This document shows, piece by piece, positions 28,766 to 39,746 of a stretch of DNA of 64,000 nt. The notes under the pieces were generated by a model. That model searched no databases, was not told where the DNA came from, and saw only the letters and a program-made list of their open reading frames with translations. Source of the stretch: a virus (taxonomy: Duplodnaviria > Caudoviricetes); IMG/VR virus record IMGVR_UViG_2799113255_000001, positions 1-64,000 of that record; one strand, 5' to 3'. Made by a program: the position numbers and the translations under genes. The stretch's first letter is position 1. The number at the start of each line of letters is the position of its first letter.

Positions 28766-30127
28766 CTATTCCAATCCCCAAGGGCGAGACCAAGGACGGG
28801 GTACGCGAAGCTGGACCATTTGGCCGGGCTTCGCACCCGACACGGTGATCTCGAACGTGGCGGTTTTCGTCCACGGTGGAATCGAGTTGCGGAAGCGGAC
28901 ACCGTTCATCCGTTGCCACACAGGCGAACCGTTGAGTGCTGTGACCTGTTCGACCCGAGGGTCGGTATCGATCAGGCAATCCTCAGCACCAGCGGTGTAC
29001 CCGGTGGTGGACTCGTACACCTGGACATAAGCCGTTGTCGGACTGAACGAAGACGAACCGGTCATCAACTTCACCGGGGTACCGGCGAGTGATCCCGTGA
29101 ACGCCACGGTGTACGGACGGGTGCCAACCAGGAACGCAGGGCCACCGTCTACCACTACGTTTCCTGCACCTATAGCCGGTAGGGCCTCCAGGGCTGCTTG
29201 AACCGTTGCAGCAGAAGCGGTACGAGATAGGTTCACGGTGGACTGACCGTTGTAGGTCAGCTTCCACGTTCCCGACGTCGGCTTGCCGACGATGTTGACC
29301 ACTTGCACAGACGCGGTACGCAGTCCACCGATAAGAGACGGTAGGCGCAACCTACGGTTAGCGAACTCCGGGTCATCGAACGAGTAGTCCGGGATAGTCC
29401 AGATAGTCGCGGGAGACGTGGGGGCACCCAGCCACGGAAGAAACGGGATGTACGGCTCCGACGGAGGAAGCTCTGAACCGGGTACAGCCCACTTGGGGAA
29501 TACCTCTTGGTCTGTGGGGTTTAGGCCGTGTTGTGTATCGCCGTTGGCGATCTCGATGTACAGCGTCTCCTTAGGGAGTTCTGCCAGCGGCCACGGGAAC
29601 GGCAGATCCATAAGGATCGGGTTGAACGTCGTGTCCTTCTGACACTCGGCTTCCCACGTAGCATCCTCGCCGTACCAGAACGGGTCGCCAGCGATGACCG
29701 TCATCTTGACGAGGTTCATGGTGTTGCCGTGAGGGTCGGTCCGAAGATCTACTTCCATCGCCTCGCCCAGTCGGCACTTCAGCGTCCGACGACCGGAATC
29801 CTCGGTAGTCACATGGATGTAAGTGTCTTTGTTGAAGGCCCACATCTTGCGCCACTCGGAGTCCCGTGACTGCCACGAGTTCTCGCCGTGCTCGGCGTCG
29901 TTGAGAATCCAAATACCGAACGTCATGTCTCGGCGCAAGATTCGATCGTTGAGGTAACGAGCGCCGGGGTAGTTCCCCGGCTCCTCGTATACAACCTTCA
30001 CGGGCGGGTCGAAAAACCCTTGGATGTCGGTAGCAAGGTGCATGCCCCGGTCGCCCTCTTGGGGACCGGCTATGGTGGCCCACTGGCCGTTGCAACCTTC
30101 AATCTCTATGACGGTTTCAGCGATCAA
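28766..30127 (-). CDS. Distal tail protein with inserted accessory domain
   Basis: First gene after TMP; ends PRPWSRPWGLE. Confidence 0.88.
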   Translation of the reverse strand: MIAETVIEIEGCNGQWATIAGPQEGDRGMHLATDIQGFFDPPVKVVYEEPGNYPGARYLNDRILRRDMTFGIWILNDAEHGENSWQSRDSEWRKMWAFNKDTYIHVTTEDSGRRTLKCRLGEAMEVDLRTDPHGNTMNLVKMTVIAGDPFWYGEDATWEAECQKDTTFNPILMDLPFPWPLAELPKETLYIEIANGDTQHGLNPTDQEVFPKWAVPGSELPPSEPYIPFLPWLGAPTSPATIWTIPDYSFDDPEFANRRLRLPSLIGGLRTASVQVVNIVGKPTSGTWKLTYNGQSTVNLSRTASAATVQAALEALPAIGAGNVVVDGGPAFLVGTRPYTVAFTGSLAGTPVKLMTGSSSFSPTTAYVQVYESTTGYTAGAEDCLIDTDPRVEQVTALNGSPVWQRMNGVRFRNSIPPWTKTATFEITVSGAKPGQMVQLRVPRPWSRPWGLE

Positions 30128-30137
30128 TGTTCACCAC

Positions 30138-32213
30138 CTATCCGCTCTTGCCGACGACACCTAGTGCCTGCTTGTTCAGCTGGTTGTTCTTGACGGCGAT
30201 CGTGTCGTCTACGTTGGACGTGTTGAAGATCTGCGTTAGACCGTTGCCCAACATCTGTTTTCCGATCTGAAGACCCTGATCGAGGGCAGCGGTTATAGCC
30301 CCTCCGCCGATTCCCAGGTCGTCCTTCAGCTGACTGAAGTTGGCTTCTCCGAACCCGATACCCGCGTCCATACCCTTTTGGGTTAGGCCAGGAAGGTCGA
30401 TTCCGAACTGGTCCTTAACGCTTTTGGCGATGTCCGCAGCGACGTTGGTGATCTTTTCCTTCTGTGACTCCAGACCATCAGCGAAACCCTGACCGGTGAA
30501 CTGGCCTACTTCGTGCATTACCCTTGAAGGGGAATGAATTCCGAGAAAACCAGTGACAGCGTTCTTGACTGAGCTAGCGAGTTCCTGGGCTTTGGCGATA
30601 GCCGAACCGATCAGAGATCCAATGCCGTTTATGAACCCCTGAACCAGTTGGGCTCCCGCCTGGAATCCTGCTTGGAACAGACCGGCCAGGGCGGCGGTGA
30701 TTCGCCCAGGCCATGTAGTGACCTCACCGACGATCTGAAATCCACCGTTTATGACGACGTTCAGGACACCTGTTAAAGCCCCACTAACCGTTTGAACCAC
30801 ACCGTTCCACGCCGACTGCGCGATAGCGGGGATGCTGCTCCACGCAGTGGCCAGCTGAGTGGGAATCTGGGACAACTCCGTGATTATCGATGCCGTGAGA
30901 CTCCCGATAATCTGTTGTAGCCCAGTAAACATCCCCGACAACATGTCGGCGGGACTCATGCTGGTTATCCGGTCCCACCGATTTAGGAAATCCGATACCG
31001 CGTTGGCTGCGATGACCAGCAGACCGACTAGCTTCTCGATCAAAGTTACGATGGCCTGTAGTTCCTTCTTGAACCCTTCGACCTTCTTGGGGTCGGAGAA
31101 GAAGTCCAGTACGCGGCCAGCGATGTTGACTAGTCCGCTACCCAGTATGTTCAGGGTGTCCCCGAGGCCCTTCAAAGCGACATCGAACTTGGACACCCCG
31201 TCTGGCCCCGCCGCCGTGAAGTCCTTGACCCACTTACTGAACGAGGCACCGGTATCCGAGAACCATTTACCGATATCGGGGAGCTTGTTAGAGAACCCGT
31301 TGATCAGATCAAGGAACCCTTGGGTGAAGTCCCGTATACCAGGTGCCGCTGCCGTCAGGCCACTAGCGATGTTGCGGATCGTCTGATCGAGTTTGGCAAG
31401 GTTGGCGGGATTGGTCAGCACGTCCGCGAACGACTTAGCCATATCAGCCAAACCCTGTGTGACGCTGGGCAATGCCGCCTTCAGCGTCGGAAATATGTCT
31501 TTCAGCTTCTCGAAGACAGGCGTGAACTGTTCTTCGACCTTCGCTGACATCGTGTCCCGAAGTTCCTTGAACGGCTTCTCCAGTACCCCGGCTGCTTTCT
31601 TCAGTCCATCTAGACCGAGAACCAACGCACCTATTGGCGCTACCACAGCCGTAATGAGTCCGGGGAGCGCCAGCAGACCCGTGGTTAGGGCACCTAGAAG
31701 ACCTACGATTACCGGTGATAGGAGCGAAATAGCCGAAGCTATCAACGCGTAACCTGTTGCGTTGATGCCGAATCCGAACGAAGGGGGCTCGATATTGGAC
31801 AGCCGGTTCTTCAGTTTCGACATCATCGTTGCGAACCGCATACGGAACGTCTTGACATCCGGTTCTACGGGTACTTTGACAGCGCCCATCTTTTGCAGAC
31901 GTTGCCGAAGCATGTAGTCGAACTTCGGGTCTAACTTGAGCTTGATCGTTTCGTCGGCTGTGTGAAAACCGTTCTTACGCAGGATCTCGCTGTTCTTGTC
32001 GACATCGACCTTGACCTTGGCGTTGTCCAGGGCCTTAGTGGCGGCACTTACCTTTTGTCGAAAGCCGCTCACGTCCGGGTCGACGTTGATCTTGGCCTCT
32101 ATGCCTTTGGTAATTGCCTCAAGTTGTCGCTTTAGATCTCGGCGGAACCCGTCTGTGTCGGGGACGACCCGGATGGAGATTCGACCGACTTCACGGCCAC
32201 CGGCTCCTGCCAT
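30138..32213 (-). CDS. Tape measure protein
   Basis: EVGRISIRVVPD start, helical Ala/Gly-rich repeats, follows the chaperones. Confidence 0.93.
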   Translation of the reverse strand: MAGAGGREVGRISIRVVPDTDGFRRDLKRQLEAITKGIEAKINVDPDVSGFRQKVSAATKALDNAKVKVDVDKNSEILRKNGFHTADETIKLKLDPKFDYMLRQRLQKMGAVKVPVEPDVKTFRMRFATMMSKLKNRLSNIEPPSFGFGINATGYALIASAISLLSPVIVGLLGALTTGLLALPGLITAVVAPIGALVLGLDGLKKAAGVLEKPFKELRDTMSAKVEEQFTPVFEKLKDIFPTLKAALPSVTQGLADMAKSFADVLTNPANLAKLDQTIRNIASGLTAAAPGIRDFTQGFLDLINGFSNKLPDIGKWFSDTGASFSKWVKDFTAAGPDGVSKFDVALKGLGDTLNILGSGLVNIAGRVLDFFSDPKKVEGFKKELQAIVTLIEKLVGLLVIAANAVSDFLNRWDRITSMSPADMLSGMFTGLQQIIGSLTASIITELSQIPTQLATAWSSIPAIAQSAWNGVVQTVSGALTGVLNVVINGGFQIVGEVTTWPGRITAALAGLFQAGFQAGAQLVQGFINGIGSLIGSAIAKAQELASSVKNAVTGFLGIHSPSRVMHEVGQFTGQGFADGLESQKEKITNVAADIAKSVKDQFGIDLPGLTQKGMDAGIGFGEANFSQLKDDLGIGGGAITAALDQGLQIGKQMLGNGLTQIFNTSNVDDTIAVKNNQLNKQALGVVGKSG

Positions 32214-32988
32214 TGTTCGGCCTTCCTCTTCTTCACCGATGCAAGGCGGGACTTAGCGATGAACGCGAAAGAACCTGGCTTGTCGGGGGTTTTTTCTTTG
32301 GGCCGCCTGTCCCTGGGAATTGGGAAGGGCTTGGGGAACTGTGGCTTTCGCTCTACGTGGGCAGCCGTGTAGAGCCACTGAATAGCCCGGAGAGTTTCTA
32401 GCGAGTACACGGACACACATCGGTCTAGGTCCCACCCTCGGAACTGCTGACCGCCGTTCAGCTCAGCGGCATAACGGGATTTGGAGCCGAGTCCACCTAT
32501 AAGAACCAATAGCCAACGAGGCGTTACACCGGAATCCGCGTCCAGAACGTCGCGGATGTCTACGGTGTACGTCTCCATCAAGTCGGCTGCAAGGTACTGT
32601 CCGTGCTTGTCGATTAGCTCTCCGAGCTGGAGGCTTCCCCCGCTTGGGTGTCGCCCATCCACGCATCAAAAACCTGCATGATCAGAGACATGTCACCATC
32701 TAGGGCGCTTATGAGCTTGTCCGGTTTGTCTGCGACCTGGTACAAGATCTCTTCCGCAAGGTTCGTGAAATGATCCAACTCGGCTAGAGACATTTCGTCC
32801 CCATCCTTGCCAGCGACGTCGAGGGTCTTGAGTTTTTCGAGCTTGTCGGCAACTTGCTTGCGCTGCTCCGATTTCAGTCGGAGCAGATTGCGCAGCTCCA
32901 CATGCTCGCTTCCGATCTCGATAAGCACTGGGGCATACTTGCGGTCTAGTTCCTCGCGCATAGCGTCGAGGGTGAATACGTTTGACAT
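32132..32988 (-). CDS. Tail assembly chaperones (32614-32988 plus -1 frameshift extension; slippery GGGGGAA at 32635-32641)
   Basis: Overlapping ORFs between major tail and TMP, with a GCG GGG GAA site. Confidence 0.88.
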
Positions 32989-33097
32989 AGCGGGCCTTTC
33001 AAGTATTTAGGCGGGCCAGTAAGAGAGGGGAGGGGCAGGCCCGCCAAGGTGTACCCCTCCCCGGTCAGACGACATATGATGGCCGTATGTCAAGTCC

Positions 33098-33973
33098 TTA
33101 ATCCAGGAAAACCCCGGAGATCCAATCGAATAGGCGGCGAGCGCCCATCTTCAAGAACGTCATTTTGACCGGCAATCCGATGAACGAATCGACGTCCATC
33201 TCCACCGAGTCATCACCACGGATCGATGCCTTGGGGGCGTAGAATCCGATTGAAGCGGGACCGTCTACGATGACCATCAGGACCGCACGTTCGATCGGAG
33301 CGAACGAACCGTCGACACCGAACACGCCTGTGGCACCGGCTGCGTCAGGACCGTAGTAAAGCTCAAGGTTGTTCTTGTCGAACTGCTCCAGCTTGACAGT
33401 CACGAAATCCACTCGGGGGTCGCCCGATAGGGTTTCGCGGAGCGCCTTGTTCTGCCAGGTACCCTTTACTTCGGTGTCGCCGCCATCCTTGCCGAACTCA
33501 GGTAGATCATCGCGGGAAGTGTGACCAGTCAGAGCCCAACCGTTAGGAGCAGTGGTAACAGTCACGTTCGCGGCGGGAGTTGTTCCACCCGTTAGCGACC
33601 CGGTGGCCGAAGTGGCTATTGCCGATCCTAGTTTCTCGCCTACGTACGCGATGGTGAATCCGTTGGTGTCGGAGATGGACGTGCCTGATACCAACACGTT
33701 CCCCGTGCCAACCGCTGCAAGAGCTTCCAGCGCTGCTTGTACTGCGGCTGCGGAAGCGTTGTAAGGCAATGCAGATGTGGTGTCACCGCCCGCAGTAACA
33801 GTCAGTGTTCCACCCGTGGGGGACCCTGTCACCTTGAGTGTGTGTACCTGAGCGCCGAACGTATCCGGGTCGAAGTTGTCAATCTCAGCGGGGGAGGGTG
33901 CTGCCGCGCCAATGGTATTGGTGTAGACGTAGCCTACGGCAGCTGTGATAACGGCGTCATCATCAAGAGCCAT
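33098..33973 (-). CDS. Major tail protein
   Basis: MALDDDAVITAAVGY, GHTSRDDLPEFG; internal accessory domain. Confidence 0.92.
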   Translation of the reverse strand: MALDDDAVITAAVGYVYTNTIGAAAPSPAEIDNFDPDTFGAQVHTLKVTGSPTGGTLTVTAGGDTTSALPYNASAAAVQAALEALAAVGTGNVLVSGTSISDTNGFTIAYVGEKLGSAIATSATGSLTGGTTPAANVTVTTAPNGWALTGHTSRDDLPEFGKDGGDTEVKGTWQNKALRETLSGDPRVDFVTVKLEQFDKNNLELYYGPDAAGATGVFGVDGSFAPIERAVLMVIVDGPASIGFYAPKASIRGDDSVEMDVDSFIGLPVKMTFLKMGARRLFDWISGVFLD

Positions 33974-33980
33974 TGTTTCC

Positions 33981-34382
33981 TCAATTTCGTAGTGGCCGTA
34001 GGCCGAATTTGATTAGCCCTTGGACACGCCATGTGTCTGTGTATGGGGAGTCGAACTCGGTCGCCCCCATGGTTTCCTCCATCGAATGCAGATACCCATG
34101 GGCTGTTTGGGTCTGCCTTTTGACCGCGTCGTACAGTGCTAGTACCGCGTCGTCGTAGAGGTCGTAGGTGCTGTCTAAGTCTTCGTTCCCGATGAGGGTC
34201 AGTTCAATGACAGGGAACGACAGTTGTCTTGGCCTACGTGGGTGTCTCGGCCCGCCTATGCGGCGCACGTTGAAGAACGGGAACCGCCGATAGTCGACGT
34301 TCTGAACCCACGTATCGACAAGAGCGTCTGGAAACTTCGTCTGAAGGATCTCAACTACGGCGTCGGTAATCGACTGGGGCAA
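33981..34382 (-). CDS. Tail terminator
   Basis: Position; VRRIGG motif. Confidence 0.78.
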   Translation of the reverse strand: MPQSITDAVVEILQTKFPDALVDTWVQNVDYRRFPFFNVRRIGGPRHPRRPRQLSFPVIELTLIGNEDLDSTYDLYDDAVLALYDAVKRQTQTAHGYLHSMEETMGATEFDSPYTDTWRVQGLIKFGLRPLRN

Positions 34383-34733
34383 CTACTTCCCCTTCCGACG
34401 TGGACCTGATCTAGGCGCAGCATCCAAACCTGATGCAGTAGAAAGGATGTAGAGACCGGGTACGTACTGGGGGTGGTCTTCATCCTTGTACTTGCCCTCT
34501 ACCCAGTGGCCGAACTCGATAGACAGGGCGGCTTCGTCAACCAGGTTCACGAACCAGTCGACGTCGCCCTCGGTGCGGGTGATGTGCGCGGCTCCTGTGT
34601 CGTGGTGCATCGCTAGCCGTCGTTGGGCTTGGACTTCCACCCGGCGAGCCGCGTCCCCGACTGCGTGATGTACACCTTCGAGGTGTGAGACCACACGGTT
34701 CATAGCCTTTTCACCGATAAGTCGTACGGACAT
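34383..34733 (-). CDS. Neck/tail completion protein
   Basis: ALSIEFGH motif; position. Confidence 0.75.
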   Translation of the reverse strand: MSVRLIGEKAMNRVVSHLEGVHHAVGDAARRVEVQAQRRLAMHHDTGAAHITRTEGDVDWFVNLVDEAALSIEFGHWVEGKYKDEDHPQYVPGLYILSTASGLDAAPRSGPRRKGK

Positions 34734-35095
34734 CAAGACCTCTGCATCAAGTACTCGACGTGGGCGGTGCGTGGAGATCCCATGTACCGCTGCGGTATCC
34801 CGAAGATTCCGTAGCGCTTGCCCTCCCATTCGATCTGGGATTGCATACCCAAGATCCCGTGATCCGCGTCGAACGAACGCGGAAACCGGATTCTGTAAAA
34901 GACCTCCGACTCGAATCCCTCGTTGTCCTGTTCAGCACGTCGAGCCGACGTACCTGAAGACGATGCGACCTGAATGCGTGCCGGTGTCGGCACCCCTGTA
35001 TCAGAAGCCTTAGTCGTTGTGTTCCCGTGACGGTTAGGTTCCGTAACCTGGGGATAGACAACGACGTCAGCGTTCATAACATCGAGCTGGCTCAT
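34733..35095 (-). CDS. Head-to-tail stopper
   Basis: SARRAEQDNEGF motif; position. Confidence 0.8.
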   Translation of the reverse strand: MSQLDVMNADVVVYPQVTEPNRHGNTTTKASDTGVPTPARIQVASSSGTSARRAEQDNEGFESEVFYRIRFPRSFDADHGILGMQSQIEWEGKRYGIFGIPQRYMGSPRTAHVEYLMQRS

Positions 35096-35496
35096 ACCGG
35101 GAACCAGAACTCGGGTTCGCAGGTGTACGCGATATCCGGGATCAACGGGGCGATGACGAACATCGCTTGTGAGATTCCTAGTAGCGCCCACTCGTTGTCG
35201 AGTATTTCCAGCTCGCCCGTAGCCGTCTTCCAGTTGATCTGATAGGAGTAGTTCCCGTCAGTTTCCCCGGTGTACGCGTTAGGGTTTCGGACCAGACGTA
35301 CGACGGCGTTCGCCTCAATCATCTTGACGATCTCGACGTCGATTTTGTCGTCGGTTATCTGGTCGTCCAGGTCTGGGATTCGTGACCGGATGATCAGCTC
35401 TGCGTCGTTGAGGCGGGTGGCGACCATAGTCGCTTCGTCGGTGCTTAGTTCGCGTCCGAGACGTCCTGACACATCAGCAGGGGTTGCGTAAGCCAT
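35092..35496 (-). CDS. Head-to-tail adaptor
   Basis: MAYATPADV..RIPDL..RNP..ETDGNYSY. Confidence 0.85.
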   Translation of the reverse strand: MAYATPADVSGRLGRELSTDEATMVATRLNDAELIIRSRIPDLDDQITDDKIDVEIVKMIEANAVVRLVRNPNAYTGETDGNYSYQINWKTATGELEILDNEWALLGISQAMFVIAPLIPDIAYTCEPEFWFPV

Positions 35497-35559
35497 GAGT
35501 ACCCCTTCCAAGGGAAGGGAGGGGGCCTCCGAAGAAGCCCCCTCCGTTCAGTTCAGATG

Positions 35560-36807
35560 TCAGACGACAGTGACGCTGGGTGAGCCACCGGTCAGGCCGG
35601 TGCCGTCGATCTCCAGCAGACCCGGAACGGTGACGGTGTAGGTTCCAGCGGAACCGGTCACAGTCACATCGGCGGCGGCTACGCCGTCGTCAATCGCCAC
35701 GATCGCGGACTTCACAGCGGAAGCCGCTGCGTTGTAGGCGATGTCGGCGGAAGGCTTGCCGTTGAGAGACAACTTAAAGTTGCCCGCAGTAGCGCCGCCC
35801 AGGGCGACCGTGTAGGTCGTGGTACCACGGTTGGAGAACTTGACGAAGCCCTGCTTGTCACCCAGAACCCATCCGAAGGTGCACTCCACCAGGATTGCGA
35901 TCTGGTTGGTCTGCCACAGCGACACGGTCTGGTTGTTGGCATCGGTCAGCGAGGCGGTGTCGCTGATCTTGATCCGAACCTGGTCAGCGAAGCCCCAACG
36001 CAGCTGCGAGAAGTCACCACCGATGATGCGCAGACCCGAGTCGGTGGCGGCGTCCAGGTCGCCGCCCACGGCGCGACCGAAGTGTGCCGGGAGACCGAGG
36101 ATGTCGGTTACACCGGCGTTCAGGTTGACGCGGGCCGGGTCGATGTTGCCGTTGGCGTCACGGAAGACCGAGGCACGGGCCAGGGTGGAGCGGAACCGGG
36201 GGTCTACCGCCCAACCGTCGAAGTTGAACTTCGAGTCTTGGTTCACCAGGTCGTAACCGTCAAGCAGGCCATCCATGATGTTGCCCGCAGTCAGGTTCTT
36301 GTAGTTGGTGGTGTTGGCGATGACGTTGTCGGTGTCAATACCCTGGAGAGCGGTACCGCGCAGAGCGTCCAAACCGTGGAACACGGCAAGGTCTACGGCG
36401 CGACCGATCGCGTACGGCAGGTCAGCTTGGAGCTGCGTGTACAGACCAGCGGGGTTCTTCCGCGCGAACTCTTCTGCGGCAGTGACGATGGTAGCCATCT
36501 TGATCGGGCTAAACGACTTGGTATCCCACGCAGTACCGCTCAGCGGCTTAACGCCACCTTCTCGCTGTGCGTTGGAAGTACCGGTGCCGACCTGACCGAC
36601 AGCGGGACGCTTGGTCGTGGTGGGAATCACAGTTTCGCCGTAGGTTACAGGGATCTGCTGGCCCAGCTGGAGGACTAGCGAGTGTTCCTGCGCCTGATCG
36701 AAGATCGGCCCAACTACTGTCGGGGGCAGAAGCTCGGACGGCGTAGTTGCCAACCGGCCCTGGTGGTTATCGCTCGAATTCGGAGCGAGTTCGTTCAAAC
36801 CTGCCAT
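35560..36807 (-). CDS. Major capsid protein with C-terminal extension
   Basis: HK97-like; GDFSQL and SLWQTNQIAILVE motifs. Confidence 0.94.
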   Translation of the reverse strand: MAGLNELAPNSSDNHQGRLATTPSELLPPTVVGPIFDQAQEHSLVLQLGQQIPVTYGETVIPTTTKRPAVGQVGTGTSNAQREGGVKPLSGTAWDTKSFSPIKMATIVTAAEEFARKNPAGLYTQLQADLPYAIGRAVDLAVFHGLDALRGTALQGIDTDNVIANTTNYKNLTAGNIMDGLLDGYDLVNQDSKFNFDGWAVDPRFRSTLARASVFRDANGNIDPARVNLNAGVTDILGLPAHFGRAVGGDLDAATDSGLRIIGGDFSQLRWGFADQVRIKISDTASLTDANNQTVSLWQTNQIAILVECTFGWVLGDKQGFVKFSNRGTTTYTVALGGATAGNFKLSLNGKPSADIAYNAAASAVKSAIVAIDDGVAAADVTVTGSAGTYTVTVPGLLEIDGTGLTGGSPSVTVV

Positions 36808-36819
36808 GTGAGGCGTTCC

Positions 36820-37329
36820 TTATCTTGTAAGTTGTGAGTTGAGAAGTGCGGCGAAGGCGTCGGCGGGGCTTGCGCTCGTAGCCGCACCACGGCCCTGTGA
36901 CGGGTCGTAGGCGGGCGAAGTCCCCAGCGAGCTACCGAAGATCGACTTCAGTTCCGCCGCATGGGCTGTCAGTTCGTCCTCCGTGGTCCCCTGGAGCGTC
37001 TTGGCGAAAGCGAAGATCTTGTCGTTGGGGACTTCGGCCTTGATAGCCGTGACCAACTTGTCGAAGTCGGTCTGAATCGAGGCACTTGCGTTGACCGCCT
37101 GGGTCTTTTCCGCAGTCAAGGAAGCAACTTGCTCCTGTGCTGACTGCAATGCGTTGTTGGCCTCTCGGAGTTGGACGCGGTAATTAGCCGCCTCCTGGTT
37201 CGCAGATGAGATCTGCTGACGTGCCCAGTCGGGAAGGTCGTCTTCTTTGGACGTCTTCGCAGCGGGCGGTGTCGGCTTCGGTGCCTCGGGTGCAGTGGCT
37301 TCCGGGCTTTCGGTGACGGTTTCTGACAT
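36820..37329 (-). CDS. Scaffolding protein
   Basis: Coiled coil, DPSQG motif; precedes the capsid gene. Confidence 0.85.
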   Translation of the reverse strand: MSETVTESPEATAPEAPKPTPPAAKTSKEDDLPDWARQQISSANQEAANYRVQLREANNALQSAQEQVASLTAEKTQAVNASASIQTDFDKLVTAIKAEVPNDKIFAFAKTLQGTTEDELTAHAAELKSIFGSSLGTSPAYDPSQGRGAATSASPADAFAALLNSQLTR

Positions 37330-37398
37330 GAAAAGTGCCTCCTGGGCATGAAAAAAGCGCCCACCTGGGGCGCTTGGATGTGACGGGCCGACGAAGGG

Positions 37399-38310
37399 CT
37401 ACGCGACGAACGCGAAGTCTTCGGGTTTGATTTCGCCGCGAGACAACCGGCGGCGCAGGGCGTTGATCACGTCGTCGTTCAACGTGATCGGCTTGCCCTT
37501 GTTCTTTCCTGCCGTGTAGACACGGTCGGGTTCTTGTTCACGAAGTTTCTTGGCTTCGTTGGTCGCTTCGATCCACAGCTTTTCGGCTTTGAGATATGCG
37601 GCCTTACCTGCCCAGTCTTCGTTTTTGAACACCGGAACGACCTTGCAGTCACATCCGGTATGCCATTGCTCCATGTAGTCGGAGATATCTTCACCGTTCA
37701 GGTGCATCTCGACAGCGGAGAGGTGGTCGAGGTCAAGACCCGCTGTGACGGCGTCCATGTAGACCGGACCACGGGAGATGAGCATCAGGCACCACGCGCA
37801 GGTTTCCCTACCTGTGGCTACCCGCGCCCACCCCTGAACACGACGAGACTTCTTGCGAAGATCCTCTTCTGAGAGTTCGTCGGCTAGATCGGTGTCAGAT
37901 TCGACAGCTTGGATAATCTGACGTCTAGCACCGTTCTCTACTGACCGAACCGCGCGGAGCGCGATGTGCTCTACCGCGTCTCGGCTAGACCTCATCTCCA
38001 TCAGATCCCGGCGAACCGGTTCCATGTCGAACACAAAGTCGCTGAACTCGTAGTTCTCGATGAACCGGTCATGCCTTGGCAGATCGGGGAAATGCATTGC
38101 CCGCTGGTCGTCGTAGAACTTACGACCGAGAACCGCTGAATCCCAACGGCCTTGTTGTACCGCAGGGAACAGCAGTTCTAGAGACTTGCCCCAGTTGGCA
38201 AGGGACAGCGATTGTCCTGCCGCCACGATGAATTGGGCGAACGACTCTACGTACCTAGCGACGGCTGCGGAGATGGCGAGCTGTGCGGCTGCGTACTCCT
38301 CCGGTGTCAC
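37399..38310 (-). CDS. Capsid maturation/MuF-like protein
   Basis: WARVATGRETCAWCLMLISRG and HTGCDC. Confidence 0.85.
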   Translation of the reverse strand: MTPEEYAAAQLAISAAVARYVESFAQFIVAAGQSLSLANWGKSLELLFPAVQQGRWDSAVLGRKFYDDQRAMHFPDLPRHDRFIENYEFSDFVFDMEPVRRDLMEMRSSRDAVEHIALRAVRSVENGARRQIIQAVESDTDLADELSEEDLRKKSRRVQGWARVATGRETCAWCLMLISRGPVYMDAVTAGLDLDHLSAVEMHLNGEDISDYMEQWHTGCDCKVVPVFKNEDWAGKAAYLKAEKLWIEATNEAKKLREQEPDRVYTAGKNKGKPITLNDDVINALRRRLSRGEIKPEDFAFVA

Positions 38311-39746
38311 TTCGTACTACCGGTGCTAGCGGGCTTCTTGGTCGCAGGGTCCGGTTTAGGTGTCGCATCGGCAACGGCCTTCGTCTGCGCGTAGAGGTCG
38401 GTGAGGATCGACTGACGATCCTCGGCGTCCCACTCGCGCATCTGGTCGCGCTGCTCCGAGGTGTATCCGAGATCAATTCGGGTTTGTTCTTTGGGGACTG
38501 GGCCTTGTCCGTTGGCGTACAGCTTGGTAGCCGCGTCTGCCTTAGCCGAGATCGTCGGCGTGGCCGGGTCGCGCCACACGGTCTCAAGCCGGTGGTACTC
38601 CTCGGGGACTTCCTTACCCATGACCTTGGTGGCGAGGCGCATAGCGCGCTCCCACGATCCTCCGAACATCCGCGCCTTGCGCTCGCACGTCTTGACCAAC
38701 CGCGACTCGGAAGCCTGGATGGCTTCCGCCGAGGCGGGGTTGTCTGACGAAAACGAAAGGTACTGCGGGGGCAGGCCGGTGTACGCGGCGAACTGCTTAG
38801 CGAGTTCGTTCAGCTCCTCAGCGAAGTTGCGTAGGTCTGCTGCCTTGAACTCGAAGGACTTGCCGTTCGGATTCGAGAGCGCCAGAAAACGCCCGTAGTA
38901 CAACTCGGCTGTAGACGCCACGTTGCCGTCGACGTTGGTCAACTGACCCCGGTCGACGCCGAAGAACCCTCGTAGGGGTACAGCGATAAGTTCCGAAGCC
39001 GCTTGCAGGTTCATCAGAGTTCGGGCGGCTGCGTCGGTAAGGGATCGGATCTCCGGCGAGATCTCGGACTGGCCCTGTCTGTCGGACAGCTTGGCGCGGT
39101 TGACCAACGGGACAACCGGGACAACACCAAGGTTGTGAACCACAGGCTTGCCGTCCTGAATCCACTTCGACGCCTGCCCCTGGTCACGGCGTAGGTAAAT
39201 GGTTCGATCGGGGAGCAGGAGAGTCGCGGCGTCTGCTACAGCTCGTCCTTCGATAAGTGCGTTGGGGTCTGTGGAGTCGAGGTGGTAGAACCGACAAGCC
39301 CTCGTCACGTTGTGGGTACGCGGGTCTAGCTCCGCGTACATCGACAGCGGGGATTCCAACCGGATCAGCGGGTAGTCCGCGTCGTCGTTGGGTCCGGGGG
39401 CTGCAATGGTTATGTACGAACGTCGGAACGTCATGGCGTCCATGTGGCCTAGACCCGACTCTTCGTCCAGATCGTTGTCCTGCCACCACTGCCAAAGTTC
39501 CTCTACGCCTTCGGATTGTCCGTTGACTCGGAACCCTTCGACGTCTAGTCGTTCCTCGATGGCGCGTAGGTACAACGCGGGCCAACCGACGTTCACCCGA
39601 AGCTTTCGCATCTCGGGGGGTACGCCGAGGCCGATGGTCTCCAGCCTGTAGCTGGAGTCCAAATACGACTCAGACTGTTGAAGTTCGCCCATCTGGCCAG
39701 ATAGGACTTTCTGGAGGTGGGTTACGTGGTCCTCGTATTCCGTCAC
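38307..39746 (-). CDS. Portal protein
   Basis: SPP1-like VPVVPLVNR, NPASAEAI and WRDPATPT. Confidence 0.93.
   Translation of the reverse strand: MTEYEDHVTHLQKVLSGQMGELQQSESYLDSSYRLETIGLGVPPEMRKLRVNVGWPALYLRAIEERLDVEGFRVNGQSEGVEELWQWWQDNDLDEESGLGHMDAMTFRRSYITIAAPGPNDDADYPLIRLESPLSMYAELDPRTHNVTRACRFYHLDSTDPNALIEGRAVADAATLLLPDRTIYLRRDQGQASKWIQDGKPVVHNLGVVPVVPLVNRAKLSDRQGQSEISPEIRSLTDAAARTLMNLQAASELIAVPLRGFFGVDRGQLTNVDGNVASTAELYYGRFLALSNPNGKSFEFKAADLRNFAEELNELAKQFAAYTGLPPQYLSFSSDNPASAEAIQASESRLVKTCERKARMFGGSWERAMRLATKVMGKEVPEEYHRLETVWRDPATPTISAKADAATKLYANGQGPVPKEQTRIDLGYTSEQRDQMREWDAEDRQSILTDLYAQTKAVADATPKPDPATKKPASTGSTK

Noticed and set aside
32614-32662. Frameshift as a novelty or pseudogene
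   Set aside because: Standard programmed tail-chaperone frameshift
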